A DNA stretch of 64,000 nt, from positions 1-64,000 of the forward strand of contig CAUYUJ010000133.1 in NCBI GenBank assembly GCA_963575745.1, given 5' to 3'. Shown piece after piece: positions 38,037-52,700 of this stretch (the first letter of the stretch is position 1; every line of letters starts with the position of its first letter). This DNA is from Prorocentrum cordatum. Taxonomy: Eukaryota. A program made the translations under genes and the position numbers. Under the pieces are notes generated by a model, which was not told the DNA's origin, did not search any database, and saw only the letters and a list, made by a program, of their open reading frames with translations.

Positions 38037-41000
38037 TAACGAAAACGCCGACGCTGGTTTCTGACACCGCGTCGATCGTTCCACCTCGAACCGATCACGG
38101 CCCCGATCGTTCTCGAGATTAAGTTCAGTCGGGTCGAGTGACGTTGCCATTTCCATCGGTGCTTCCGCGTCGCAGGCTTCAGCCTTGAACGCGTTCGCCG
38201 GCGTCGCCGGCGCGCCAACGCCGCGTGAACCTACCGTACAGACACGCAGCGGCCCACAGGGAGCAGGATGCCCGCAGGCTCGCGAACTGACTACCTACCA
38301 GACCACCCCAGCCCAACACGAAGACACAAACTTTGGGTGTGGGGCGGGGGGTACGGGTCTTCCATATGTGCTTTTTCAATGCTCCCCGCCGCCGCCCCCC
38401 TCTGGGAGTGGGTGGCAAATCGGGGCCTTCGGGTTGGGTTGGGGTGGCTTGGTGGGTGGTGACTGACGACATACAATCGAGCTGCTGCAATGAGAAAGGC
38501 CCTCGGAGGAACGAAGCCCCTGCTTTGTAACAGGCTGAGGGGGCGCCAACGGTCCTCATGTTAAAATATCCGAAGCTCGGAAAAGTGTGAGGCCAATGCT
38601 TTTTTCAAAGTTCAAGGTCAACGTTGCTGGAATCCTGAAGTCCTGAAAAGGTTCGGAAAAGTTCGGCAGCGATAAACAAGTTCTGAAAAAGTTCAGATAG
38701 CGCTCGACAGACAGGAAAAGGTTAGAAAAAGTTCCAGCAGTCCAAAAAAACGAAGACAGCTCAAAAGCTCAAACAACGAAACCAAACTTATCAGCAACAA
38801 AAACTCTTCAAAAAAGTTAGCCAGAAGTTCGAAAGTGCAAAACAAATCAAAAGTTTGGAAGAGTCATCGTCGTGCCAGGGGGCCGTCTTGAACTTATTTC
38901 GAACTTTCGTATTTTAGGGAGTTCTAACTACACCTGTTGATTTTCCATCTGCCCAAACCCATTCTTGTTCAGGAGAGACCATCTCTCCCCCCATCAGCCG
39001 GTCACTATAGAAGAGCCCGGGTGCGCGAGGAGGGCCAAAAGAACAGCCACGGAGTGACCGAAAGAACCGCGGTCCCCTTCCTGGGAGGGGCTCGATAAAT
39101 ATATGTGAATATGTGTTTATATGTATGACGCTACGTGTATATATGTGTAACTTATATAAATATATACATACAGATATATTTATATATATATATATATACA
39201 TACATACATACATACATACATACAGACAGACATACATACATACATATATACATACATACATACATACATACACAACGTCAGCTGGTCGGCCAGGGAGCTC
39301 GGTGTATAGACGCCCCAGCTGCCCGACCCCTGCGAGGCCAGAGCGTCTATATACACCGACCTCCTCCGCCGAAACTCCCTGCCTCCCCGGCCGACCAAGC
39401 GACGTGGTGCATATACACATCGAGCCCTTCCGACTTCGGAAACCAAAGCGGCCCCTACTTTGAGCTCCGGCATGTCCCCCTACAGGCGACAAATCCTCCC
39501 CCATACTACTTTTCTGCTATTTTTGAACCTTCCTCCTGTAGAGGGGCAGGCCCGACTTAACCCTACTTCAGCGTCTTGACTCGGGTCGGGCGAAAGGGGG
39601 GGATAGCAAAGGGGGGGGGTGAAAATCAGCTCACGTAGCTGATTTTCCAGGCGCCTCCCAGCGCCGGAGGCGGTCATGTATCGAGGAATGGGCCCCTCGG
39701 TGAGGCCGAAACCAGCCGTATGCAGCACATTTTCCGTACCCCCCCCTTTCCCAATCCCCCCCCTCTTCGCCCGGCCCGATGGACTAGGTCGACATCCACT
39801 TGCTCGCGGCCCGAACTCCGCGCGGCCGCGACGCCCCTGTGGATGCAGGGTGGTGGCTCTGTGCGGAGCGCAGAGGTGCATGTGGGTGCAGGGTGCCGCG
39901 ACGCCCCTGTGGATGCCGGGTGGCTCTGTGCGTGGACGTGCCCTCTGCGCGGAGCGCATCCGAACGGTGACCGCGCGCCTCGGAGGACGGGCCGAGACGA
40001 CGGCAGCCCCAAACAGGTCGGTCTCCGGACCCCTCCAGAGGGTCCAGACGCAGGAGTTCCCCGAGCTTCATGTTGCTCCCATCGCACTTAAGAACTTGCG
40101 AGGCCGCAGCGATTTTGAATTGCAAAAAAAAATCAACATGTCGGCTTCCTGAAATTGGGCCTTGGGAAGGCATCGTAGAACGCCCGCGCGTTCTCGCATT
40201 GTCGCGCGCCGCCTGCCCCTGCCGCTGAACAGACCTGCGCGCGCTGCGGCGGCGCGACCAAGGCGGGCCCGAAACCAAAGCGCGATGTGGTTCTTAGAAC
40301 CACATCCCAGAAACAAGCTCGAGCACCCAGCAAAGCATCGAGACAGTGTCGAGCGAGCATCGCCCCCCAGGGCCCGATGCGCGAAAACCATCCAGCTTCG
40401 GTATTTCCTTGGTGCTCGGAAGTCTTTTGGGTGATCAAGGCTCAAGCAGGTTGGAACATCATAGCCCGAGCTGCGACCAGCCGTGGCGACGAGGGCCTCC
40501 CCCCCCCCCCCTCCGGAGGCCAACCGACGCTGCCTCGACGCGTCCTCCTCCGAGTGCCCACGTGGGATCGCGCCTCGGAGCCCGGGCCACGAGGCGGGCA
40601 TCGACGCCCCACCTCGTCGACCGCCAGACGCTCGCGCACGCCGACGCACTGCTGAAACGAAACTCCGAGGACACACAGTCAGGTCGGGCATGTACCCCTG
40701 CGGGCGGACTCTGGACGAAAAATAGAACAACATCCTCCAGCAGATATTTCCAACAGCAAGAGTAGTCGAACACTCGTCCCCTTCCTGTTTCTTGACTGCT
40801 CTTGACCGGCTTACACATACAGGGAGCCTGAGAGGGCATCAGCACATCTCCAAAGTCGTGGCCTTCGTCCCACGCGGACCCCCCAGAGGTGCAGCCCCCC
40901 GGCGCTTCCTCTAAGAGAGGATATGTCGACCCCTATCCCAGGCTTCGCGGGGGTTTCGAACGGCCCAAGGGGCCCAACCCTGGGATGTACGATGGGGGGG

Positions 41001-41321
41001 CGCCAGTCCCAGATAGGGGTGCGTCCGAATCGACCCCCGGGGGTGTATGCCAGGGTTGCCCTCCTTTACTGAGCGGCTTCACTTTTCATCGAAAAGTCGG
41101 GGGTTGGGAGGGAAAGTTGCATGCGCTCATCCTGAATCATTGTTTGACAGTCCCGGGGCCCGGCGAGGGCCCCGGGAGGCCAAAAAATGCGAAGCACCTC
41201 CCATCACGAACTGTCTTGACCCGAGGGGGCCTGGGCGTCCAAGAGGGGGGGGGGGCATCCAAGGGGGTGGCTGGAAATACGCACTGAAATCAGAAGCGGG
41301 GCCATGAAACCTGGGGAATTT

Positions 41322-41901
<580 letters not shown>

Positions 41902-42475
41902 GCGCCCCATGTCAGCCTGTGGCAGGGTCATCAGCTCGTCGTTGTCGTTGTCGTCGTGGTTGTCGCCGTCGTCATTCCGGGTCGGCGGCACCGGCCGTAA
42001 GGCCTTCACAATCACAAGAGAGGCCATGAAACCTGGGAAAACGTCATGGCCCTGGTCATGACATCCACCTACCTCTAGCTCTCACCCCCACCTTCGGCGT
42101 CTGGCGGCTTTCGACCCATAACTCGGACCTCAGGCGGCCGTTCGGGACGATCTGGGCACCCCCGGAACGCCCTCGGCGAGGCGCAGCTTCCAGAAAGCAA
42201 TCCGCGGCTGGAAAACCGCCGAGAACCGACGAGAACATCCGAAAACCTTGAGCCCTTCACCCAACAGTATCCAGGGTCTGGAAGCTTGTGGATCCCAATG
42301 GATAGAAACCTCCCGTTGTTATTTGTAATCGACTGAACATCGTGCAACCGATCCCTATCCCAACTGGCGTGTCCTTGGTCCCACTGGACGATTTACCCCC
42401 CCAGGATGGGGATGCCACGAGGCCACGAGGCCTCCCAGGAGGCCCCCCCAAAGGCGAATCACAAGGCAAGGGCAT

Positions 42476-42761
42476 TTGGATCGCCGCGGTGGCTGCTAAG
42501 GGGATGGGGGGGCTAGAAGTGTATGTTAAAGTGGGTTCTATCTGGCCTAACTCACCTTAAGTGGGTTACCAGTGCCCTATGTGGCTCAGGATGATGAGGC
42601 AACTCCGCTGAGTGGGCTCCACCCACTTCGCCCAGATCCGTACGCCCTTAAGCCACTTAGGGCACGTGCAGCCCACTTCTAAGCTGCGTTAGGCCGAGTA
42701 GCACCCACCTTAGCATCCAGTTCTAGCCCCCGTATCCACTTTGCAACCCGCGGCGATCCAA
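42476..42761. mobile_element. MITE with TTGGATCGCCGCGG terminal inverted repeats; partial copy at ~25710-25900
   Basis: Perfect 14-bp inverted termini; internal AAGTGGG/CCCACTT subrepeats are shared with the 25.7-kb copy. Confidence 0.75.
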
Positions 42762-43134
42762 GCAGGGGTATCTGTACCTCCTCCTCCCCAGGAGCCCGTC
42801 ACCCCCTGGCGCCGCAGCCAGCCGTCCGACATCCGCTGCACAGGCAGGGGACAGCCTTCAGGGAGGGAAAAAAGCACACAGACACAACGAATCGTCGATG
42901 ACCAGGGCAAGATGGGGGAAAGTGTGGGCAGCGGGAGGGGAGACGAACATCCAGGAGAGACGGAACGACCCTGGCCTCCCAGAATTCTTAAAACATAGCT
43001 CTACATACCTGTGGACCTATCTGGACTGCCCAAAACCTCGATTGAAACTTAGGTGTCGAGGTCCCGGTGATATTTTTGTCAGCCCTCCAAGAAGGTCCAG
43101 AAATATGGGGAATCCTGGAATGTGCATATAAATA

Positions 43135-44260
43135 TTGTGCTTGTGTGCGTGTGTGTATCTGTGTGTGTGTTTGTGCTGTGTATGTGCTGGGTGTGTGTTG
43201 TGCTTGTGTTGTGATGTGTTGTCTGTTGTGTGTGTTGTGTGTGCTGTGTGTGTTGTGTGTTGTGTGTTGTGTGTTGTGTGTGCTGTGTCGTGTGTGTTGT
43301 GTGTTGTGTGTTGTGTGTTGTGTACTGTGTGTTGTTTGTGTGTGTTTGTGTGTTATGGTGTGGTTGTGTGGTTGAGTGGTTGTGTGGCTGTGTGCTTGTG
43401 TGTTGTGTGTTGTGTGTTGTGTCATGTGCTGCGTGTTGTGTTGTATGTTGTGTGCTGTGGGTTGCGTGTTGTGTGCTGTGTTGTGTGTTCTGTGTTGCGT
43501 GTTGTGTGCTGTGTGCTGTGTGTCGTGTGTTGTGTGTTGTCTGTTGTGTGCTGTGTGGTGTGTGCTGGGTGTTGTGTGCTGTGTTGGGTGTTGTGTGTTG
43601 TGGTTCATGTGTTGTGTGTTGTCTGTTGTGTTGTGTGTTGTGTGCTGTGTGGTGTGTGAATGTGTTGAGCGTGTGTGCTGTGTGTTGTGTGTTGTATGGT
43701 ATGTGTTGAGCGTGTGTGTTGTGTGCTGTGTGTTGTGTGCTGTGTGTTGTGGGTTGTGTGTTGTGTGTTGTGTTTTGTGTGCTATGTGCTGTGTGTTGTA
43801 TGTTGTATCGTGTGTTGTGTGTTGTGTGTTGATTGCTTTGCGTTGTGTGTTGTGTGTTGAGTGTTGTGTGTTGTCTGAGTGTGTCTGTGTGTCTATGTGC
43901 GTCTGTGTGTCTGTGTGTAATGCGTGTGCGTGGGTGTGTGCGCGTGCGTGCGTGCGAGCGTGCGCGAGTGAGTGCGTGCGTGCGTGCGTGCGTGTCGTTC
44001 GTGCGTGCGTGCGTGCGTGCGCGCGCGCGTGCGTGCGTGCGTGCGTGCGAGCGAGTGCGTGCGTGCGTGCGTGCGTGCGTGCGGGTGCGTGTGTGTTGTG
44101 TGTGGTGTGTGTTGTGTGTGCGTGCGTGTGCGTGTGTGTGTGTGTGTGCGTACGTGTGTGTGTGTATGCCTGTGTGTGTGTGTGTGTGTGTGTGTGTGGG
44201 GGGGGGTGCTTGTGCGTGCTTGTGTGTGTGTGCGTGTGTGTGTGTGCGTGTGTGTGTGTG
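43135..44260. repeat. TG-rich compound satellite ((TGTGTGT)n, (GCGT)n, (GT)n)
   Basis: Direct reading. Confidence 0.95.
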
Positions 44261-46221
44261 TCCCTGGACCCCTTGAGGCCTGGCCGCCGAGCGGGCGCTG
44301 GCGCCGCGGGAGCACGCCACGCGCCGGCGGCAGAGGCGGGCGGCGCGGCGGCCGCCCCGCGGCCGGCCGGGGACTCGCGGGCGCCGCAGGCCACCGCGAG
44401 GGTCCGAGGAGCCAACGACTGGCGGGAGCATACAGTCGGCCCGTATAATAAGGATGCGCGATAAGGATGCAAGGGCCTTGGACGCCCATTTCGGAGCTTT
44501 TCACGGGGGCGCGGCCGACAAAAGCGGCCAAGAATGGGCCGAGGAGGCAAGGATGCAAGGGCACCCTTGGGAAAATTGCCCATCCTCACTATGCGGGTTG
44601 AATGTATGAGAACTTTCGGAGCCATGAGATTCGGACGCCCGACATGGGTACGGAAAAACGGGCACACCGCCCAACAACAAGTGTTGCCCAAAACCGACGG
44701 CGGCCGCTGTTGGGCGGGCGGCCCCTTGCCTTCAGAGAACAACGTCCGCGGCGGCGCGGACGGAGCGAGTCCTGCTCAGAATGAACAGGAACTGCTGCTG
44801 GGCACCGTAGCCACCCTTTGCACCGCAGCCACTCCTTCCGTACCCACCTCGATCGTCCCGATGAGACCCCCGGGACCCCCACAGGGCCATGCCGAAGTCG
44901 GGGCAGAGGGCGCCCAGACCCCCCTCGGCGTCGTGACCAGGAGCAGCACGGCGATGGGGCCGTTGCTCGCGAGGCTCGGCCCGCGGGGGCCCGTATACAG
45001 TTGTCCGGCCTCGGGGCCGTCAGAAAGCCGCCCGGGAAGTTGTGAAAAAATCACGACGGGGAGATTGTCGCTCTGTTCGGCCTCCGGGGGCCCTTCCCAG
45101 GCCTCGGGACCGTCACAGAACGACGCAGGATGAAAAACCGGTCGGGGGGAAGGGGTCCAGGCCTTTGGGGGTCGACGCCGCGACAAAAGCCACGACGTCG
45201 GGGCCCCCGACGTCGTGGTTTTTGTCAAAACCGACTCGGGGGTCTTGGCTGTAGGCCACGCTCGGCCTCCGGGGGCCCTCGCTGGGCCCTGAGACCGTTC
45301 AAAAAAGGCTCGGGGTGAAAGCGGGCGCCTTCGCCTGGAACTCCGCGCGGACCTTCCTGAGATCCGACGCTGTGGAACACTGCAGCATGGCACAAAAATC
45401 ACGGCCCGAGCCCCAGGCCCCACAATCTTGCGTCACTGTTCGAGCTGGATCGCTCTGGGAGGGTCCCCGGGTCCGAAGCCGGGCGAAGACTCCCGCGAAA
45501 CGCCAGTATCTCGGGGCTCCGAGAGTTTATGCTCATGCCATCGTTTGCTCCTCGAGAGGTCGCCCAGGGCCTCCAGGGCGAGCTCCTGGCTGGCGCGACA
45601 TGCAAACCGTCGCACCCTCACCAACAGTCGACTCTCCCGAGTCGATGGGAGGCGGGGCTAGAGTCTGGGCATTGGATAGGGAACCCTCAGATAAGGAATC
45701 CAGGGTCTGGAAGCCAGTGGAGCTCCAATCGTGAACCGGCCATGGCTCGCCGCCCTCGTTGGATAAGGAATCCTCCAGGGTCTGGCGCCTCCTAGGACTA
45801 TTCCTTAAGAAACGCCTCCTCCGTAGGCTTCGGACTTCGCCACGTGCTCGACGAATTCTGAACCGCATCTCCGCCGCCCATTGAGCCCAGACCCCCCGAA
45901 GACATGTGTTATATCATGACGACGACCCCCAGAGGTCTCAACGCATTCCCCGGGACTGGCTTGTCCTCCCGAGAATCGTTGTTGGACGGTCCTAGGGCTT
46001 GGCGAAGCCCCCCGGAGGCCGAAAACTGCTAAAAAAAGCCCGTCATGATTTGATCATGGCCCGAGGTGGAAAATATCTGATGGATCAGTTCTGGATGGAA
46101 ATGCCAAAAACGCAAACGCCAAACACCTGCACAGGCCGCGCGCGCCAAGAAACATTCAAGGACGCGCTACCAACGAAGCGCGCCGCTCCAGAAGACGAGG
46201 CCGTGAGACGGAGGGCCCGGG

Positions 46222-46721
46222 AGCCAGACACACTCCACGCACACCCTGGACACACCCTTCACACACCCAGACACTCCCAGGCACAACCTGGACAAACCCC
46301 CGACACACCCAAACACGCGCCAGACACACGCAAGAAACATGCCAGACACACGCCAAACACACGCCAGACACACGCCAGACACACCCAGACACACACCAGA
46401 CACACGTCAGACACACGCCCGACACACGCTAGACACACGCCAGACACACGCCAAACACACGCCAGACGCATGCCACAGGCGCCAGACACACGCAAGACAC
46501 ACGCATGACATGCGCCAGACACACGCGAGACACACGCCAGACACACCCAGACGCACGCCAGACACACGCCAGACACACGCCAGACACACGCCAGACACAC
46601 GGCAAACACACGCCAGACACACGCCAGACACACGCCAGACGCACTCAGGCACACGCCTGACACACGCCAGACACACGCCAGACACACGCCAGACACACGC
46701 CAGTTACACGCCAGACACCCG

Positions 46722-46757
<36 letters not shown>

Positions 46758-48350
46758 GACACACGCCAGACGCACTCTGACACACGCCAGACACTCCACA
46801 CACACACACACACAACAGACACACCCCAGACACACGCCAGGCTCACGCCAAGCACGCGCAAGACAGACGCCAGGAACACGCCAGGCAGATGCCAAACAGA
46901 CGCCACAGGCGCCAGACACGCGCCAGGCACACGCCAGACACACACACACACACACACACCAAACAGACGCCAAACACACGCCAGACACACGCCAGACACA
47001 CGCCAGACACACGCCAGACGCTCTCACATGCACGCCAGACACACCCAGACGCACCCCAAACAAACGCCAGGCACACCCCAGACACACGCAAGACACACGC
47101 CAGATACACCCAGACAAGCGCCAGACAGACGCCAGACACACATCAGGCACACGCCAGACACACGCCAGACACACGACACACCCCAGGCACACGCCAGACA
47201 CGCGTACGCCAGACACACCCAGGCACATGCCTGACACATGTCAGACACGCCAGACACACCCAGACACACGCCACAGACACCCAGACACACACCAAACACA
47301 CATCTGACACACGCCAGACACACGCCAGACACAACCCATCCACACGCCAGACACACCCCAGACACACCCCAAGCACACCTCAAACACACCCAGACGAACC
47401 GCAGACGCACCCCAAACACACACAGGCACATCCAGAAAAAAAAAACGCGACGCACGCCAGATACACGCCAGACACACCCCGACATAACGACGACGAGGAC
47501 GGCGACAAGGACTCTAACGACTCCGAGTACAGCTTTATCTCGAACTCCGGCGAATCCAAGGCGCACCCAGACCCACGCCTGACAAACGCCAGACACACAT
47601 CAGACACACGCCAGACGCACTCTGACACACGCCAGACACTCACACACGCACCTCAAACACACGCCAGACACACCCCAGACACACCCCAAGCACACCCCAA
47701 ACACACCCAGACGAACCGCAGACACACCCCAAACACACACAGGCACATCCAGAAAAACCGCGACGCACGCTAGATACACACCAGACACACCCCGACATAA
47801 CGACGACGAGGAAGGCGACGGGGACTCTAACGACTCCGAGTACAGCGTCATCTCGAACTCTGGCGATTCCAAGGCGCACCCAGACACACGCCAGACACAC
47901 GCAAAACACACCCAGACACACCCAGACACACGCCAGACAGACGCAAGACACACATCAGGCACATGCCAGACACACGCCAGACACACGCAAGACACACCCC
48001 AGACACACACCAGACACACGTCAGACACACGCCCGACACACCGAGGCACACGCCTGACACACATCAGACACACGCCATACACACCCAGACACACGCCACA
48101 CACCCCGCCACACGCCAAACACACATCTGACACACGCCAGACACACACGCCAGACACACACGCCAGACACACCCCCCACCCACACACACACACACACGCA
48201 CACACACACACACACGCACGCCAAACACACTCCAAACACACCCCAGCACACACCCGGACGAACCGCAGGCGCACCCCAAACAAACCAAGGCATATCCAGA
48301 CACACCATGACGCACGCCAGATACACGCCAGACACACCCAGACACACCCC
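46222..48350. repeat. (CCAGACACACG)n satellite with higher-order blocks
   Basis: 11-bp unit; a non-satellite cassette recurs at ~47485, 47797 and 48355. Confidence 0.95.
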
Positions 48351-49052
48351 GACAGAACGACGACGAGGACTGCGACGAGGACTCTAACGACTCCGACTGC
48401 AGCTTTATCTCGAACACCGACGACTCCGACTTCGACGCTGACTCAGACGCCGACTCCGGCGACTCCGACTCCAGCTACAAAGCGGTCAGGAACGCGTTGG
48501 TGCAACTGTTTGTGTCCTCTTTCATCCTTCCCATCCTCCCTCATGTTCCCATCGTCCTTCATCCTCCTGTTTCTCATTCTGTCCTCTCGCTCTCCCACTG
48601 CCTCCGTCCTACTGCATCGCTTCATCTTCTTCCCAACTATTACGCCAGCCACCCATCGTCCATCCTCAGCTCCCCACCCCACCCCCTCCACCCTTTGTCC
48701 ATCCTCCACCCCTCTGTCCTCTTACTTGCCACAACAACCTCCTCTCCCTCCATCCTCCCGCCACCGCATGGATCCCCTACCTCACAAAAATGGAGGCTAC
48801 ACGGGAGCAGGCCCGTGGGGGTCTTATTACGGGCTCAAACTATCCCACCAGCGATTTATCAGCCGGAGGAGGTCTGGGAGTTGCCCGAATCGTTGACCCG
48901 AGAAGGTCTGTTGGCGGCGCGCAGAGGGGGGTATGGGAAGGGGGGATATCTTCTTGGGAGACTGCTTCTTGGAAGCGCGGGCCTCACATCTATGGATACG
49001 CCCCGCGTCTTCTGAGAAGCAGCCGTATTTTAAGAAGCCTTCCCCGCTCCCC

Positions 49053-49286
49053 CTGCCCAGGAGAGCCCAGAATCGAATCGATAAGTCGGATCGGCAATCG
49101 ACATAAGTCGGATCGGAAGAAATCGGCAGCCGAGTCGGGAAAAGTCGAATCGGTGGAAATCGGCAGGCTGGTACGCCTCCATTGAGAAATCGGAGCCCAA
49201 ATCGGAATCCGAAGTCGATTCGAATCGGAATCGGAAGCCATCGAAATCGAATCGAATCGAATCGGAGGAAGCGAAACGAGCCCTGC
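49053..49286 (-). mobile_element. CGATT-rich element bounded by a GGGCAGG direct repeat; candidate GC-AG intron; same family as intron 63062-63479
   Basis: CCTGCCC at 49052-49058 and 49286-49292. Minus-strand start CAG|GCAGGGC..CGATTCGATTCG matches the start of the intron at 63479. Confidence 0.55.
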
Positions 49287-49744
49287 CTGCCCCCCTCTGC
49301 GCGTGGCCGAGCCTGGCAGTTGCCCGAATCGTGGATCGCTGCTGTTGGCACCCCTTGGGAGGCCGACTTCTGCTTCCACCCGGCCTTCTCCCCAGCCTTC
49401 CGCTGGCGGAGGCGGCCTCGTTCTGCTTCCGCCGACCCTCCGCCGCCCTCCCGCCGCCTTCCGCCGCGGAAGAGATGGCAACTCCTTTGATCCTCGAGGG
49501 CCAGGCCCTTTTCCGGGATCGCCCCACGACGACGACAACGACAACGACACCAACGACAAGAACGATAACAGCGACAACAACGGCAGCAGCGAAAACAGCG
49601 ATACCGACGACAACAACGATAACAACGACAACAACGAAAACAACGACAACCTCGACAACGATAGCGATAACGTGTCGTTGTGATCGTTGTCGTGATCGTT
49701 GTCGTGATCGTTGTCGTTGTGATCCTTATCGTTGTTATGTGGGC

Positions 49745-52700
49745 TTAGACTTCGCCGCCGAGCTCCACGCCCGGCAGCTCGCCGCCGAGGGCGCGGCACA
49801 GGCGCCCCAGGCAGGCCACGGCGGCGCGCCGGAGGTCCTGGCAGTGCCCTGGGCTCCGCAGCACATCCATGCAGCGGTCCTGTCGGCGGCGAGCCCCGGG
49901 GGGGAGGCGAGAAAGGGCGGACCTTCTCAGTCGGGGATCTTCTGACCCGGGTCAATCCAGACCCGGGTCAGTCAGGCCTTGCAGAATCCTGCAGGATCCT
50001 GCAGGATCCTGCACCCAACCCTGGGTCAATGCGACACTGGCCCTGCAGGATCCTGCAAGACCAGGCGCTCTGGCTGACCTCCGTTTGCATTGACCCCCGT
50101 CTCAAGGCTCCCGGCTCAGAAGGCTCGGAAGCCCCCCGGCCTTCCTAGAAGGTTCCTGAGCAAGGCCTTCTCCTTCTCGCTGCCCCCCCCCGCTTGCCGC
50201 CGATCCTGGGCTGGTCACCAAGACATGCCTGCGTCTTGGCGAAACAATATCAGGGCGCGGAAAATTCTTCGTCGCTTGCAGCCTCCAATAACCGTCGCCA
50301 GGCCCCGGGACCGTCAAGAAACGGCTCGGGATGAAGAACCGGCTCGTGGGGGAAGGGTCGGGACTTCCGGGAACCCCGCACTGAGAAACTCAAGACTCGA
50401 GGCGTCCTAGATGGGGTCCGAGTAGATGGGGTCGGAGGATCGCGCCGCATCGCCAATGCATCGGCGAAGTCGGCGATGCATCGGCGCCGTCGGCGTGGAG
50501 AAAGTCGGGCTCCGCATCGAGCCGCATCGCCTACGCATCGACAATGCGGCGCGATCCTCCGGCCCCATCTGCTCGGGCCCCATCTGGGAGGCCAAGAAGG
50601 ACGTCGCAATGTCTCGGAAGACTTCGGGCTGCGCACGCCATGCTATCTGGGCGCTGCAACTTTTTCACAGCGGGCGTGGTGGCCCAGTTTCGGACCCTGG
50701 CACCATGACAGGTAGATGCGGCCCGAAAAATGCAGCAGAAAGATTGTGTTAAGAGCTCCGGTCGTGATTGTTCGCGATTGCTTCGCACTGAGAGATCGGT
50801 TCGCAATGAGAGGACCCTTTACTAACCCTTTGAAACAAGGCCTAGGCCTAAGTCAGGAGGCACAAGACATTAGGGATATGGGGTCTGTGTTGCACAGGTG
50901 TCAGCGAAGCCACCAAGATCCTCTTGACCCCCACTGCAAAATCTGGAGCCTGACTTAGGCTCAGCCTTCATTGTGTCATTCGGGTCAGGGGCTCGACTCT
51001 TCTTCACGAGCGATGCTGCGATCTGCTCGCGACGTCGGATCGCAGGGCAGGCAGCCCCCCGAGGCGCAGCCCCCGGCTGGCCTCCACCGGCGCCCGCCCC
51101 GGGCTGCCCCAGCAGGCCTCCGCAGGCCCCCCGAGCGGCCCAGAGCGGCCTCCACACCCCAACGCCTGGGCGCGGAGCGCCCCCGGGGGCGCCGCCGGAG
51201 GCGGCGACAGGGCGTGGAGGCCCCGCTGGGGGGGGCCAGTGGAGGCCAGCTCAGAAGTCAAAATATCCACCCCCAGAAGAGCCACCCCGACCCGCGGAGT
51301 CGTGTAGCAGACGCGCCCAAGGAAGGAATCGAACAGGGCAGGGCTGTCTGGTCAACGCCCAGGGCCGGTTATCAAACAGCTGGGGCTACCTCGGGGCGCC
51401 TGCTGCAGCCAGCTGCGGCCACCTGGGGGGGCGCCCGTCGAGGCCAGCCCGAGCTGCCTGCGGGGGGGGGGGGGGCGCTGCCTGCGCGCAGCCCGAAGCA
51501 TCGCCGAGGGAGGGGTCCTGGGCCACCTCCGCGTACGGGTGCACGGCGGCGCCGGCTGCGCTGCAGAGGTCGCCGAAGACGGCGAAGCCAGCCGCGCACG
51601 ACTGCGGCTGCTCCCTCAGCAGCATCGCGGCGGAGAGCGCTGGCCACAGGGCGGCGGTGTGCGCCGAGGCCCCTGGCCCGAGCGCGCGGACGAGCGCCCC
51701 AGCGGCCCACAGCGTCTCGTCGTGCATGCCGACCCCTTGTGCGACGCCCGCGTCCAGGACCGCCACGTAGAGCCTCACCATGGGCACCGCGCAGGAGGCG
51801 ACCTCGCCCCCGAGGCGCTCGGTGAGGGCCTGCAGGCATGCCCCGACGCCGTCCACCTGGCGGGCCTGCCGCTCCTCCGCGAAGCGCAGCAGCGCCAGCA
51901 GCAGCTCCCCGAAGCGCGGCCTGCACTCCTCGCCGGCCCCACGGACCAGCGCCGCCAGCGCGCCGAGGAGGGTTGCGCGGCCGCAGGGCCCCGCCTTCGC
52001 AGAGTCCTCCAGAAGGCGGGCCGCGGTGGGCAGGAACTGCTCCCCCGACACCGCCGCCGAGGCCATGAGGCCCTCCAGCACATAGCCGAAGTCCTGGCTC
52101 AGGTCCGCGTCGGCCGCGAGCGCCAGGCTGGCGGGCAGAAGCCCCGCCCTGGACGCCGCCGGGATGGCCCTGCCGTGGAATTCCAGCGCGCGGCCCGCGG
52201 CCCATGCAGCAGCCCTCTGGAGGGTCGCGTCGCTCAGCGCTGGGAGCAGGACGCCGAATGAGCGGACCACGATGGCGGTGACGCCCTCCTGGGGCGCCTC
52301 CACCATGGCGCCGTAGGCCAGCAGCGCGGCACGACGCAGCCGCAGCTCTGGAGACTCGAAGTGGGCGCCCAGGAAGGCCAGGACAATGTCCAGGCAGGGC
52401 TGCCCAGATAGCCGCGCCACCGTCGCGAGACAGCCGCTCGCCGAGTCCAGCAGGTCTCGTGGCTCCGCCGCGCCGCCGGCAACGCTCCCCCGCGAGAGGG
52501 CGTGCAGCAGTCGTGGCACGAGTGCGGGCAGCGCCTTCGCGATGTAGCCCCTGCTGTGCGGGCCGGGCATGAGCTCCAGGTTCGCGATGCTGCTCCAGAA
52601 CTCGATCCCAAGCGTGGCCAGGTACTCCGAGCCGTGCTCTATGGCCGCCCAGGTGACCGGCGCGACATCCTCCAGGTGCGGCCCGAGGAGGTCGTAGTAC

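Noticed and set aside
40417..40446. Plus-strand SL-like string (..TTTTGGGTGATCAAGGCTCAAG)
   Set aside because: Needs gaps, is opposite to the gene-block strand and has no convincing downstream CDS.
42988..44742. 584-aa His/Thr-rich ORF and similar poly-amino-acid ORFs across the window
   Set aside because: Translations of stop-free microsatellites.
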